From positions 73,884-137,883 of the forward strand of contig JAGGZT010000004.1 in NCBI GenBank assembly GCA_021161905.1: a stretch of DNA of 64,000 nucleotides. Direction: 5' to 3'. The notes under the pieces were generated by a model. The model was not told where the DNA came from. It worked only from the letters and a program-made list of their open reading frames with translations, and ran no database searches. The position numbers and the translations under genes are program-made. This document shows positions 19,264 to 29,103 of this stretch, in pieces. The stretch is from Acidobacteriota bacterium. GTDB taxonomy: Bacteria > Acidobacteriota > B3-B38 > Guanabaribacteriales > JAGGZT01. Position 1 is the stretch's first letter, and each line of letters begins with the position of its first letter.

Positions 19264-19698
19264 TCATTTATTCGCCAAAACACGAACCCTTCCCTTAAAT
19301 TTGAAGAGCAAGTGATGGACGACAAGAAGAAAAATATAACCAAGAATAGTTCCAATAAAGTCGAATAAAATATCTCTAAGCTCAGGGGACCTTCCGGGCA
19401 CAAAAGATTGGTGAAATTCGTCGGAAATACCATAGACGAGGGATATACCGATCCCCCAAAGCCACTCGAGAGAAACTTTCCGTTGCATCAAGCCCTTCCT
19501 TACTGCTCTAACGATAAGAAACGAGAGCAAAGAATATTCCCCCATATGAAGAAGGTAATCGGGGAATATGGAGGGAATACCTGGTTGAGAAAGTGAAGAG
19601 AAGTAGAAGATCACTCCCATATATCCCAAAACCGGGAACCAGAAATATAAAAATGAGCTTATCTTCTTCACTATCACGGAAAGGGATACATTATCCAA
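19264..19698 (-). CDS. VanZ-like family membrane protein
   Basis: 144 aa, 4 TM, with the conserved GISDEFHQSFVPGRSPELRD motif (DE.HQ...GR). Confidence 0.75.
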   Translation of the reverse strand: MDNVSLSVIVKKISSFLYFWFPVLGYMGVIFYFSSLSQPGIPSIFPDYLLHMGEYSLLSFLIVRAVRKGLMQRKVSLEWLWGIGISLVYGISDEFHQSFVPGRSPELRDILFDFIGTILGYIFLLVVHHLLFKFKGRVRVLANK

Positions 19699-19849
19699 CC
19701 AACGGCCAAAGCGAAGGCGAGAAACGAAAGGAAAAAGATGATCCCAAACCTCAACCTCTCTTTCTTCTCATTCTTCATAATGAGAGAGAAAACGGTGGAG
19801 ACAACCCCGGCATAGACCACCATCAAAAGGAAATGACTCAACATCATCA
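19672..19849 (-). CDS. Weak call: possible 58-aa hydrophobic small membrane protein, translationally coupled to the upstream gene
   Basis: GTGATGATGATG start overlaps the TGA stop of the 19850-20242 gene (TGATG junction). Product MMMLSHFLLMVVYAGVVSTVFSLIMKNEKKERLRFGIIFFLSFLAFALAVGWIMYPFP predicts two TM helices. It is absent from the supplied track because it is under 60 aa. The call rests only on the coupling signal and on hydrophobicity. Confidence 0.3.
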
Positions 19850-20242
19850 TCACTCCTTCCTGCCAACGGCGATATCATAAGCATCGAGAATGAGGAGGAG
19901 ATTCAAAAGACCAGCCACGATAAGAAATGTAGTCCCATAATTAAAGGCAAAACTGGTTATGTCGGGAGAGGTAAGCCCTCCATACTTGGCAATGAAATAA
20001 GGAAGGCCAACACCGAGATCCCCCAAGGCAGCTAATAGGGAAAGGAAGGAACCCTCAGAGATAGAGTATAGTTTCCCCTTGAGAAATATACCGAGAAGGA
20101 ACATCCCGATGATGAGAAGGAAGAAGATTACCCCCCTCCTCCATCTCTTGAGAAAGAGGTGCCCTCCACCGGGAAAAAGCCAGGCGAAAAAACAAGCAAA
20201 TACCACCCTTCCTTTCCCCATAGCCATCTCCAAGCCTCCCAA
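19850..20242 (-). CDS. Small 4-TM integral membrane protein of unknown function
   Basis: 130 aa. WLFPGGGHLFLKRWRRG follows the first TM helix. Four predicted TM segments. Separated from the CsgG-like gene by 4 nt. Confidence 0.6.
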   Translation of the reverse strand: MGGLEMAMGKGRVVFACFFAWLFPGGGHLFLKRWRRGVIFFLLIIGMFLLGIFLKGKLYSISEGSFLSLLAALGDLGVGLPYFIAKYGGLTSPDITSFAFNYGTTFLIVAGLLNLLLILDAYDIAVGRKE

Positions 20243-20246
20243 ATTC

Positions 20247-21125
20247 CTACTGTTTTTTCTTCTTTATCGTATCTTTAGCCTGTGGGCTACCAGAAAGAAC
20301 CCTGCAAACAGCATACTTCTCCTTCACCTTCACCACTTCGATTTCTCCCACCTTTTCCTCCTCTGCACCAAGAGGAAGTCCCGTATCGGGGTCAATCAAC
20401 TCCTCCCCTTTCCGGAAGACCTCGAAGACATCGCCCACCTCGACCCCCCAATTGCTTCCGATATTGATATATAGATTGGCGCCACTGACCTTTATCACCT
20501 TCCCCTTCACGCTCAATTGGGATAGATTTCCCACTTTCTCCACGATCTTCGCCACTATCTTCTCAACTGCCGGATGCATCACCTCATTAGCAAGACCATA
20601 ATTATAACTCTGATAGAAACTGGCGCTTTTTACCCTTGCTCCTACCAATCTTTTCTTATTTGCAGCTTCGGCGGCAAGCTCGATCTCGCCGGTGGTCGTA
20701 TTGATTAGGCGAGCATTGAGCACCACCTTGCCCGTGGTTACTCCTACCCCAAACCCCCTGAAGCCACCACCGGTTCTGCTTATGGCGAACTCGGTAATGG
20801 AACCGGTAAGGATGTATTGCACTCCAAGGAGCCTTCCCACCTTCGCCGCTGTCTCCGGGGTAACCAAGCCAGAGGCGCCAAGGTTCTGCTCCTTAAGTAC
20901 CGTCTCCAACTTCTCCCGCTCGATAACCGAGAACTTACCTGTATCTAACAAATCGGTCACAAAAACATCAGCTGCCGCTTCGCCTAACCTATCTCCCCAC
21001 CAATACCAATGGCTCTTGTTTTCAAAATTCACCACCGCAATCCTCACCTTAGCCTTCCCCTGGGCAAAAAGGAGAGAAGAAATAATCAGGATAAGGATCA
21101 AAGGAATAATACTTCTCCTTAACAT
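20247..21125 (-). CDS. CsgG-family (curli secretion channel-like) periplasmic/outer-membrane protein with an extra C-terminal beta-rich domain
   Basis: Signal peptide (LLFAQGKAK, no lipobox Cys). CsgG-like core VRIAVVNFENKS...GDRLGEAAADVFVTDLLDTGKFSVIEREKLETVL...YILTGSITEF. About 90 extra C-terminal aa. Confidence 0.6.
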   Translation of the reverse strand: MLRRSIIPLILILIISSLLFAQGKAKVRIAVVNFENKSHWYWWGDRLGEAAADVFVTDLLDTGKFSVIEREKLETVLKEQNLGASGLVTPETAAKVGRLLGVQYILTGSITEFAISRTGGGFRGFGVGVTTGKVVLNARLINTTTGEIELAAEAANKKRLVGARVKSASFYQSYNYGLANEVMHPAVEKIVAKIVEKVGNLSQLSVKGKVIKVSGANLYINIGSNWGVEVGDVFEVFRKGEELIDPDTGLPLGAEEEKVGEIEVVKVKEKYAVCRVLSGSPQAKDTIKKKKQ

Positions 21126-21146
21126 TAACTGATCCTCCTATTCTAT

Positions 21147-22445
21147 TTAAACCGCCTTTTCTGCCTTCTTCAAACCCCTTAAAGAAAACCTTTTCAATCG
21201 ATGGAAAACAAAATCTGAAACTTCTGCCTCCACTATTATACGCCCTTTTGATACCTTAAGGGAAATTATTTTCCCCTCTGATCTAAGCCTCGCCAATGCC
21301 TCTCCTTCGGCAAGAGGGAAGGAAAACCTTACCACCTCCCGTGGTGGCAATATCACGAAGGAGATACGATCTAAAAGCTGAGCTATCCCTTCTCCAGTCA
21401 AAGCAGAAATAAAGATCGCCTCCTCGCCCCATCTACGCCTCAGGTTGAGCAGTTCCCTTTCGTCCAGTTTGTCTATCTTGTTCAATACCGTTATTATAGG
21501 CTTCTCTTCGGTTAGGATTTCGGAGAGTACCTGCTCTACTGTCCTCTTGTGTTTAAGATATTCCGGATTGGAGATATCAACTACATCCAATATAAGATCC
21601 GCCTGCGCCACCTCTTCCAGAGTGGCCTTAAAAGCGGCAACCAACTGATGGGGAAGCTTTCTGATAAAACCCACTGTATCGGCAAGGAGGAAAACATCTC
21701 TATTTGGAAGGACAACCCGCCTGATCAAGGGGTCTAAGGTCTCAAAAACTCGAGAGCTCACCGAAGCGGAGGCACGAGTGAGCCGATTGAAAAGGAGAGA
21801 CTTCCCCGCATTGGTGTAACCGACCAAGGCGACCAGAGGTATTCCTACCCGCTTCTTCCTCCTCTTCCTCTGTTCCTCTCTTCTCCGGGCGATCCTCTCT
21901 ATCTCCCGTCTTATCCGGGTTATCCTTCTCTCTATCTTCCGCCTATCTATCTCCAGCTTTGTCTCCCCAGGTCCTCTGGTGCCAATCCCAGCACCCAATT
22001 GGGAAAGGTACTGCCCTCTCCCCACCAAACGGGGGAGAAGATAGGTAAGCTGTGCCAACTCTACCTGAAGACGCCCTTCCTTCGTGTGGGCTCTTTTAGC
22101 GAATATATCAAGGATGAGACCAGTGCGATCGATTATCTTCAGGGAAGTAGCCCGCTCAATATTCCTCTGCTGCGCCGGAGTTAGTTCTCCATCAAAAACG
22201 ATTAAAGTTGCCTTTTTTTCCTCTGCCTCCCTTGCTAAATACTCTATCTTCCCCTTTCCCACTAAATACCGAGGATCTAGTCTCTTTCTATGCTGAAGAT
22301 AAGACCCAACCACCTCCGCCCCTGCTGCTCGAGCAAGATGGACAAGCTCACAAAGAGAATCTTCAGCCTCCCCCTTCTCTCGATAATCGAGATAAACACC
22401 TATTATTAATGTCCGTTCTCTCTCGTTAGTATCGGCCACCTTCAC
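21147..22445 (-). CDS. hflX: GTPase HflX
   Basis: HflX N-terminal domain ([18 protein letters not shown]) followed by a GTPase domain with P-loop [15 protein letters not shown]. Confidence 0.9.
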   Translation of the reverse strand: MKVADTNERERTLIIGVYLDYREKGEAEDSLCELVHLARAAGAEVVGSYLQHRKRLDPRYLVGKGKIEYLAREAEEKKATLIVFDGELTPAQQRNIERATSLKIIDRTGLILDIFAKRAHTKEGRLQVELAQLTYLLPRLVGRGQYLSQLGAGIGTRGPGETKLEIDRRKIERRITRIRREIERIARRREEQRKRRKKRVGIPLVALVGYTNAGKSLLFNRLTRASASVSSRVFETLDPLIRRVVLPNRDVFLLADTVGFIRKLPHQLVAAFKATLEEVAQADLILDVVDISNPEYLKHKRTVEQVLSEILTEEKPIITVLNKIDKLDERELLNLRRRWGEEAIFISALTGEGIAQLLDRISFVILPPREVVRFSFPLAEGEALARLRSEGKIISLKVSKGRIIVEAEVSDFVFHRLKRFSLRGLKKAEKAV

Positions 22446-22459
22446 CTTATACGCCTAAA

Positions 22460-22741
22460 TTACTTATCGCGGGTATCACTCTCCCCCTTATTCCGCTCTT
22501 CAAGCAAAGGTTCAAGGTTTAGCTTATTGCGAAATGTCTTAGGCGAGCTCACCGTGGATATGGCATGTTTAAACACAATCTGCTCCTGCCCATTAGCTTC
22601 GATCACCAGAGCAAACTTGTCAAAACCTTTGATCCTGCCCTTGATCTTAAATCCGTTCATCAAATGAAGAACAACGGGAACCCGCTCCCGCCGAAGGCGA
22701 TTGAAGAACTCATCCTGAATGTTATTAGGAGAATCTGCCAT
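22460..22741 (-). CDS. hfq: RNA chaperone Hfq
   Basis: Sm1/Sm2 motifs: VPVVLHLMNGFKIKGRIKGFDKFALVI and IVFKHAISTV. Confidence 0.92.
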   Translation of the reverse strand: MADSPNNIQDEFFNRLRRERVPVVLHLMNGFKIKGRIKGFDKFALVIEANGQEQIVFKHAISTVSSPKTFRNKLNLEPLLEERNKGESDTRDK

Positions 22742-23687
22742 CTTCTCTCCCTTTCTCGGTTAAAAATTGCTTAACCAAAATCTCTATTTTAGGATAAACT
22801 TCCTCCTCCTTTGTTACCTCAAACCAATTTATCCCCTCCTCCTTTCTAAACCAGGTAAGTTGCCTTTTCGCATAATGACGCGTTTCCCTCTTTATCCTCT
22901 CTTTTGCCTCCTCAAGTGAGAGCTCTCCTTTGATATGAGCGACGACTTCACGATATCCTAAAGCATTAAAGGCGTGGGCATCCTCAGGAATACCTCTCTC
23001 GATTAGTCTCCTTACCTCATCTACCCAGCCGTTTTCGAACATCTTCTCCACTCGTTCCTCTATTCGCTGATAAAGTAGTTTTCGTGGTAGGATAAGCCCT
23101 ATCTTCAAATTGGGATATCGCTCCTCCCCAAAAGGAGCTCTCTTTATATGCTCCGACATCGCCATCCCCGTGGCAAAATAAACCTCCAATGCCCGAATTA
23201 TCCTCTGACTATCGTTAGGTCCTACCCGACTGTAGGTAGCCTCATCTACCCATCTTAACACTCGAGCGAGATAAGACAACCCCTTCTTCCTCTCAATATC
23301 CTTAAGCCGAGCTACCAGAGCTTGGTTTCGGGGAGGACTATTGAATAGACCACGAAGTAGCGCCCTTAAATAAAGTCCCGTCCCTCCTACTATTATCGGA
23401 AGACACCCTCGCTCCCATACCTCCGCTATCTTCCTCTCGGCAAGCCCAGCAAACCTCCCCGCCGAAAACCTCTCCTCAGGCGAGGCGATATCGATAAGAT
23501 GGTGAGGTATCCCCCTTTTTTCTTCCTCGCTCAACTTTCCTGTCCCCACATCCAACCCCCGGTAAACCTGCATCGAATCCGCACTTATCACCTCTCCCTT
23601 GAACTTCTTGGCGAGATGAACCCCCAATCTACTTTTCCCCACCGCGGTGGGACCCACGATTATCACCAACCTTGGTCTCATCCGCAC
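22725..23687 (-). CDS. miaA: tRNA dimethylallyltransferase MiaA
   Basis: P-loop IVGPTAVGKS, SADSMQVYRGLDVGT, HHLIDI. Forms the classic miaA-hfq-hflX order. Confidence 0.9.
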   Translation of the reverse strand: MRMRPRLVIIVGPTAVGKSRLGVHLAKKFKGEVISADSMQVYRGLDVGTGKLSEEEKRGIPHHLIDIASPEERFSAGRFAGLAERKIAEVWERGCLPIIVGGTGLYLRALLRGLFNSPPRNQALVARLKDIERKKGLSYLARVLRWVDEATYSRVGPNDSQRIIRALEVYFATGMAMSEHIKRAPFGEERYPNLKIGLILPRKLLYQRIEERVEKMFENGWVDEVRRLIERGIPEDAHAFNALGYREVVAHIKGELSLEEAKERIKRETRHYAKRQLTWFRKEEGINWFEVTKEEEVYPKIEILVKQFLTEKGREDGRFS

Positions 23688-23887
23688 GGAACTATCACCA
23701 TAGACGGAAAAACCTCGCTAACACGAAGAGAAGGACAAAAAAAGCGATAATGAGAAACCCCACCTGCTGAGACTTAGGAATCGAACCTCCCACTCTTTCA
23801 CCTTGCAAGAGATACCAAAGAACCTAATTAATTGTATGAAAAACACCGCCTGATATCAAGTTATTTCGAAGAATATATACTTCCCCA

Positions 23888-26140
23888 TCAATAAATCCTG
23901 CTTATCGAAACGCCGGTATAGTAGTGAGTCAAGATATCTCTATAGCTCGCCCCCCTAAGCGCCATACCAAATGCTCCTACCTGACAAAGTCCTACTCCAT
24001 GACCCCATCCCTTGCCTACGAAAGTGAACCTCTGGATCCTTCCTTGAGCATCGTAATTACGCTCAATCACGAATAATGTATCGCGCAAACCAAGGAGACT
24101 CCGTATAGAAAGACCAGAGAAAACCTTCTCACCCTTTTCCCCTATTACCCTCAGTCTAATAACCCTTCCTGATACACCGAACTTCTCCGGGACGAGATCG
24201 ACAACTTCCCCGAGATCGATATAACGGTGAACCCTCTCGGTAAGCTCTTCCCGACTGTAAGAAACCTCCCAGCTATGATAAGGAGAACGACGATCATCAG
24301 CAATCCCTTCTTTGCTTGGGACCACCTTAATAAAATCTATGCTCCCGTTATTATGATGGAACAGTAGTTCATCACCGACGAAAACCCGTAATCGGTTCAT
24401 CCGGATCGCTTTACCACCAACTGCGGAGAAAAGATAAAGCTTGGAGGATAAGGAATAGGAAACTTCCTCGCTCTTCAACTTGATAACCAGTTTCTCCCCT
24501 TCCTTCTTGAAGAAGGTTCCCTTATCGAGCCAGGGGTAGCCAAAACGAGAGAGAAGGTTGTAGATGAGCTTCAAAACCAACCCCCGGGAAGGAGGAGAAG
24601 AGAGATGGTAGTTCCCGTCGGGAAAAGGGTTGATCACCCCTTCTTTTACCAATAGAGCGACTTTCTTCAAACTCTCTATAGAAAAAGGAATCTTCCGGGC
24701 GTCAGGTATGAGATAAGAGACATCCTTCTCTTCTATCATCAGCTGGGCACGACGACGCCAACCCAGCCCATCAACCAAAAAGGAGAGGACATCGAGCAAA
24801 GAGGGATAATCGGGGATGCTTACTTCTCCTCCCTTTTTCCCTATTATCCGGAGAGCCCTTGAGAAGAAATCCTCCACCTCTTTTCCATCAATTGGCTGAG
24901 AAAGATAGGCAGATGAGAGCTTCTCCCCTGAGATCACCCCAGTAAGGAACAAGAGGACAACCTTCTCCGTTATCTCCTCTCCATCTTCGGAATGGATCGA
25001 GGGGGGGGAGATACCTCCTTCGATCAACTCCTCCCCGTCCATCTCAGGATAACACTCTACTCCCCGAAGATAGGGCTCCTTTTCACCAGGAAAGATGTTC
25101 TCCACATTCTCGGTATGCCCACCGCAAGTGGAGGTATATAAGGCATTTATTGGTTCTCCTTCGTAAGTAATTACCTCGCCCATAGTCGCAAGAACGGCTT
25201 TAGTGGTAAGTTCCCGCTCCGCAGATAACCCGCGATAAACCTGACAGCTTGGGGTGGAGCAGATATCAAAGCCCAATGAGGCGAATTTACCGAGATTCCT
25301 CACCGCATAGGTCCTCGCCGCCACCGCTTGGGCTTTGAGGGCTTCGAGCTCCGGGAAGACATCGGGACTCATCTCACAAGGAACCACCCCCTTTAGATAA
25401 TCCTCGAGCCAGAGCTCATTCACCGCCAATAAACCGCCGCTCGGGGAAATATAGACCTCCACCACTCCTCGATAGGGATGACCATTTACCTTCAAGGGAT
25501 GGGAAAAATCGCGGGGTACAAAAAGAAGCTTCTTCCTAACTCGCTTTACTTCACCCTGAGGGAAGAGGGTAAGGAGGAGTTCACTCGCTCGAGAGGGGTA
25601 CTCGTTCGAAACGATGAAAGCCCCGTAAAAACCAAGCCGGGAGAGTTCAGAAAGGAGCTTAGTTGCTTCCTTACGATCCTTAAACCTCCCCACCCTCACC
25701 TGATAAACCGCTTTTTTTTCATCATAGTTAAGGGAAACAGGAAGAGAGATATCTTCCCTTAACCTCTCCACTATTCTCCTTCCATTCTCTTTCTTCGAGA
25801 AAGAGCCAACTTGGATCTGATATATTCTTCTTCCCCCTTCACCAAGAAGTTTCACCTCCGCTTCTCGAAAGAGGGCTTTTCCCAAAAGAAAATCACCCTC
25901 ATCTTTATCCACCAAATAGAACATCCCCTCAGATGAAATATCAACCTCCCTCGCCCCTTGGGAGAGGGAAACCCGGATCGTTGGCTCACGAAGAGATTTA
26001 CCAAAAAGGCGATAGATTACGAGGTTGGTCTTCCCCTTAGGAGGAGGATAAGGCGTTGGAGGTCCTTTACAGGCAAAAAGGATGGAAAATAGAAAAAAGA
26101 TTAAAAGGAGCTTGGAAACGAGGTGGAATCTATCTTTCAT
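23888..26140 (-). CDS. SpoIID/LytB-domain cell-wall protein with a SPOR peptidoglycan-binding domain
   Basis: Signal peptide. SPOR-like repeat (YQIQVGSFSKKENGRRIVERL...YQVRVGRFKDRKEATKLLSEL). SpoIID/LytB core (LKAQAVAARTYAV...DICSTPSCQVYRG...YTSTCGGHTEN). Confidence 0.75.
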   Translation of the reverse strand: MKDRFHLVSKLLLIFFLFSILFACKGPPTPYPPPKGKTNLVIYRLFGKSLREPTIRVSLSQGAREVDISSEGMFYLVDKDEGDFLLGKALFREAEVKLLGEGGRRIYQIQVGSFSKKENGRRIVERLREDISLPVSLNYDEKKAVYQVRVGRFKDRKEATKLLSELSRLGFYGAFIVSNEYPSRASELLLTLFPQGEVKRVRKKLLFVPRDFSHPLKVNGHPYRGVVEVYISPSGGLLAVNELWLEDYLKGVVPCEMSPDVFPELEALKAQAVAARTYAVRNLGKFASLGFDICSTPSCQVYRGLSAERELTTKAVLATMGEVITYEGEPINALYTSTCGGHTENVENIFPGEKEPYLRGVECYPEMDGEELIEGGISPPSIHSEDGEEITEKVVLLFLTGVISGEKLSSAYLSQPIDGKEVEDFFSRALRIIGKKGGEVSIPDYPSLLDVLSFLVDGLGWRRRAQLMIEEKDVSYLIPDARKIPFSIESLKKVALLVKEGVINPFPDGNYHLSSPPSRGLVLKLIYNLLSRFGYPWLDKGTFFKKEGEKLVIKLKSEEVSYSLSSKLYLFSAVGGKAIRMNRLRVFVGDELLFHHNNGSIDFIKVVPSKEGIADDRRSPYHSWEVSYSREELTERVHRYIDLGEVVDLVPEKFGVSGRVIRLRVIGEKGEKVFSGLSIRSLLGLRDTLFVIERNYDAQGRIQRFTFVGKGWGHGVGLCQVGAFGMALRGASYRDILTHYYTGVSISRIY

Positions 26141-26144
26141 ATAT

Positions 26145-26546
26145 TTATTTTATCTCTTCGGTAGCGATAGTAAGTCCCCGCGCTCCTGAACGGCGGGCGA
26201 AATCCATAATCTCCACAATAAATCCGTACTCCACCTTTCTATCCGCTCTGATTATAACCTGCTTGGTCTCACTTTGGGCAAGGGCTTTTTTAAGTAAAGA
26301 TTCGAGATTGGAGACCGCCACTTCACGTCCCTGAAAGAACACTCGCTTATTTCGGCTTACGGTAATTATCAACTCCTTCATCCGCTCTTGGGTAGCGCTT
26401 TTTGCCTTGGGGAGCTCGAGCTTCAAACCAGGTCTTTCCACAAAGGTGGTGGTCACCATAAAAAAGATGAGGAGAAGAAAAACAACATCGATCAAAGGAT
26501 GAATATCGATCTTTATCTCTCGAGGCTTCTTCTTCCTGAATTCCAT
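26145..26546 (-). CDS. exbD: ExbD/TolR biopolymer transport protein
   Basis: Starts MEFRKKK. An internal Met was chosen over the track start, which adds 12 aa. TM segment DVVFLLLIFFMVTTTF and ExbD periplasmic domain. Confidence 0.8.
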   Translation of the reverse strand: MEFRKKKPREIKIDIHPLIDVVFLLLIFFMVTTTFVERPGLKLELPKAKSATQERMKELIITVSRNKRVFFQGREVAVSNLESLLKKALAQSETKQVIIRADRKVEYGFIVEIMDFARRSGARGLTIATEEIK

Positions 26547-26556
26547 ACCCCCTCCT

Positions 26557-27207
26557 CTACTCGCTTCCCGCAGCTTTCTCAAACTCCTTCTTCCTCAGCT
26601 TAACACTCATCATTATCTTTAAAAAGCCCATTGAATGCTTTTCTATCTCTCGGATTATGCGCTCTGCCCTGTCAAGAAAGAAGTTATACATCACCAAGGT
26701 GGGGATAGCGATGGACAGCCCGGTAACGGTAGTAATAAGCGCCTCGGCTATGCCTGCGGAAAGAGCTCCTGCTTGCCCTACCCCGGTCACCGAGATGATG
26801 CGGAAGGTCTTTATCATCCCGGTAACCGTTCCCAAAAGCCCTAAAAGCGGAGAAATAGAAGCTATAGTGCCCAATGTACCAAGATATTTTTCCAGCTTTG
26901 CTGCCTCATGACGCCCAACATCGGCAACCGCCTCTCTGATCTCCTCCCGGGGGAGATCCCTGTTCTCAAGGGCAGTGAGAATTATGTTGCTCAATGCCCC
27001 TGGTTTTCTCCTCAAAAATTCCTCTGCCTTTTCAAAAAGCCCCTCACTTAGAAAAGCCCTTATAGTCCGTAGGTCATCTTCATTTATTATCTTTTTGGTT
27101 CTCAGGTTTATGAGTTTCTCAATTATTATGGCGAGGGAAAGCAGAGAACAAAAAATGAGCGGAATCATTACCGGACCACCGCTCTTCAACCACTCGACAA
27201 CTGTCAT
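26557..27207 (-). CDS. exbB: MotA/TolQ/ExbB proton-channel protein
   Basis: Three TM helices. Conserved LGLLGTVTGMIKTF and GIAEALITTVTGLSIAIP motifs. Confidence 0.85.
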   Translation of the reverse strand: MTVVEWLKSGGPVMIPLIFCSLLSLAIIIEKLINLRTKKIINEDDLRTIRAFLSEGLFEKAEEFLRRKPGALSNIILTALENRDLPREEIREAVADVGRHEAAKLEKYLGTLGTIASISPLLGLLGTVTGMIKTFRIISVTGVGQAGALSAGIAEALITTVTGLSIAIPTLVMYNFFLDRAERIIREIEKHSMGFLKIMMSVKLRKKEFEKAAGSE

Positions 27208-27221
27208 TTAATCCTCCTTTC

Positions 27222-28175
27222 TCATCTATCAGGGGGTCTCATATTATAGTAAAAAGCGAAGGTAACTCCAACCGAATCTTTTGGATATTCCTTGGGAAGG
27301 GCAGGGAGAGGATTGGAAAGCTGAATAGCGTTCAAAGCAGCAGCATCAAAAGGATCAATTCCAGAAGAATGTACAAGATGAAGCCCCACTACCCGACCAT
27401 CCTTGGTGATACGAAATCGAAGTACCGTCACCCCTCTTAAACCAAGTTCCCTTGCTGCATAAGGGATAAACCAATTGCTTTTCACTATCCTGTAGAGTAT
27501 CGCCGCATAGGGACCGAAATCGAAATCCTGGGTGTCAAATGAAATGGCACTATTCGTCTTAAGTGAGGAACGGCGGTTATCAAAGACCTCCGTTTCTATA
27601 TACTTATCCAGGTTATTCAAACTCTCCTTGAGGGAGCGAGAGGAGGGAACACCCATCTTAACCTTAGGCTTGGTGGGGGAAGGAGAAATAGAACTCCCTT
27701 TCTCCAAGGGAACCGTTCCTTTTAAATCGCTTGCCTTCAAACCCTTCCCCCTTTCCACCTGTTTTGTGGGTAATTCTGGTTTAGGAACCCCCTTCGAAAA
27801 GCTCTGAGTTCCACCCCGTCTCAATACAAAATCAGGACTATTCCCTTTTAAATAGGGCTTCTTCTCGGCAGAAAGATCAGGCTTCGGTGGAGCAGGACCT
27901 CCCGCCAACCTGTTTTTGTCGGAAAAATACGGGGTATTAGGGCGAACTTTCGCCTCTCGGTCATTGGGAACATCAACGAAGGTGAACTTGATCGGCTCTC
28001 TCTCTGCCTTGGTCTTAGACGGTGATTTCGCTGCGATCCTTATTGGACGGAGAAATTTAAACGGGCGATAGTAGAGGGTTGCGAAGAGGATAAGATGGAG
28101 AAGAAGAGCAAGTAGAAACGCCTCTCGAAATGAAAAGGGCCTCTCTAATTTAAAAGATATCTTTCTCGCTGCCAA
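27222..28175 (-). CDS. TonB-family protein (N-terminal TM anchor, Pro/Lys-rich spacer, TonB C-terminal domain)
   Basis: TM helix, then a proline-rich region (PKPDLSAEKKPYLK..., PKPELPTKQ), then a TonB_C-like end (YRIVKSNWFIPYAARELGLRGVTVLRFRITKDGRV). Confidence 0.7.
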   Translation of the reverse strand: MAARKISFKLERPFSFREAFLLALLLHLILFATLYYRPFKFLRPIRIAAKSPSKTKAEREPIKFTFVDVPNDREAKVRPNTPYFSDKNRLAGGPAPPKPDLSAEKKPYLKGNSPDFVLRRGGTQSFSKGVPKPELPTKQVERGKGLKASDLKGTVPLEKGSSISPSPTKPKVKMGVPSSRSLKESLNNLDKYIETEVFDNRRSSLKTNSAISFDTQDFDFGPYAAILYRIVKSNWFIPYAARELGLRGVTVLRFRITKDGRVVGLHLVHSSGIDPFDAAALNAIQLSNPLPALPKEYPKDSVGVTFAFYYNMRPPDR

Positions 28176-28274
28176 TCATACCCCCTAATTACTTTGACGC
28201 CCTTTATCATCCATTTATTTAAATTATACTTCCTTTGTAAATGGGGATACAACCTAAACTGAAAAAACGACGGG

Positions 28275-29084
28275 TTAAATCCTCCTATTCCACTCAGGGC
28301 TTATATACTTTTCTCGAAGAAGACCTGCCTCTTCCGCTTCCTTTTCAGTAAGTTCCTCTCTAATGAGATCCGCATTGAAAGCCTCGGAAAAACCAGCGGA
28401 AAGCGCCTCAATAAGCTCATCAGGCGACACATCTCTCCCCGCTGCTTCATTAACCGAGGTGAGGGAATAACCCGAGGGAAGAGAGGAATGGCCTGTAGCA
28501 CCGAGAAGCTTCGGTATGTCTATATCCAGAGGGATTGAGCCATGCTGAAGAAAAGCACCCCGCCCCCTCTTCTGAGCCGAACCAACTATCTTGTTCCCTG
28601 AAACAGCTAATTCGTAACGCGAGGGAGAAAAGAAACAAGGATTGGTCCCGATTCTCCCTCTCCTTCCCGGAGAAGCCTTATGGGGGGTAATCAATTCCGC
28701 CTCTATCCCCAACTTGGTGAAACCTTTAGCCAAGGCAAGGGAGATCAAACGATAGGTCTCAAGCACCGAATCTCCAAGCTGAGGATCATCGGTTCTCCCC
28801 ACCACCGAATAAGTCACCTCGATATCGTGAAGAACCGCCCTTCCTCCGGTGGGTCGACGAACGATGTTGATCCCATTCTCTCGACAATAATTCTCATCAA
28901 CTGCCGAGGAGTATCGTTGATTATACCCGAAAGATAAAGTCGGAATCTCCCAGCGGTAAAACCGGATGGAAGGAAACAAGCCCTCCCTCCTCTCGCAAGA
29001 GAGAAGGAGGGCTTCATCGATCCCCATATTAAGATAACTATCGAGGGCGTCATCCACAATGAGCCGAAACTTGGAGCGAGTCAT
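28275..29084 (-). CDS. Lipoate-protein ligase / octanoyltransferase family (BPL_LplA_LipB catalytic domain)
   Basis: Start placed at the internal MTRSKF (rc ATG 29084-29082). The first 49 codons of the longer track ORF look like non-coding read-through. Motifs RRPTGGRAVLHD and the lysine motif GNKIVGSAQKRGRGAFLQHGS. Confidence 0.7.
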   Translation of the reverse strand: MTRSKFRLIVDDALDSYLNMGIDEALLLSCERREGLFPSIRFYRWEIPTLSFGYNQRYSSAVDENYCRENGINIVRRPTGGRAVLHDIEVTYSVVGRTDDPQLGDSVLETYRLISLALAKGFTKLGIEAELITPHKASPGRRGRIGTNPCFFSPSRYELAVSGNKIVGSAQKRGRGAFLQHGSIPLDIDIPKLLGATGHSSLPSGYSLTSVNEAAGRDVSPDELIEALSAGFSEAFNADLIREELTEKEAEEAGLLREKYISPEWNRRI

Positions 29085-29103
29085 CGGGTGATGGCTGTAT
29101 CTT

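Noticed and set aside
23740-23830. GGTTCGATTCC T-loop-like motif in the miaA / SpoIID intergenic region (possible tRNA fragment or integrase att remnant)
   Set aside because: No flanking T-stem complementarity, acceptor stem or anticodon arm could be built on either strand. No integrase or repeat partner nearby. Likely chance similarity.
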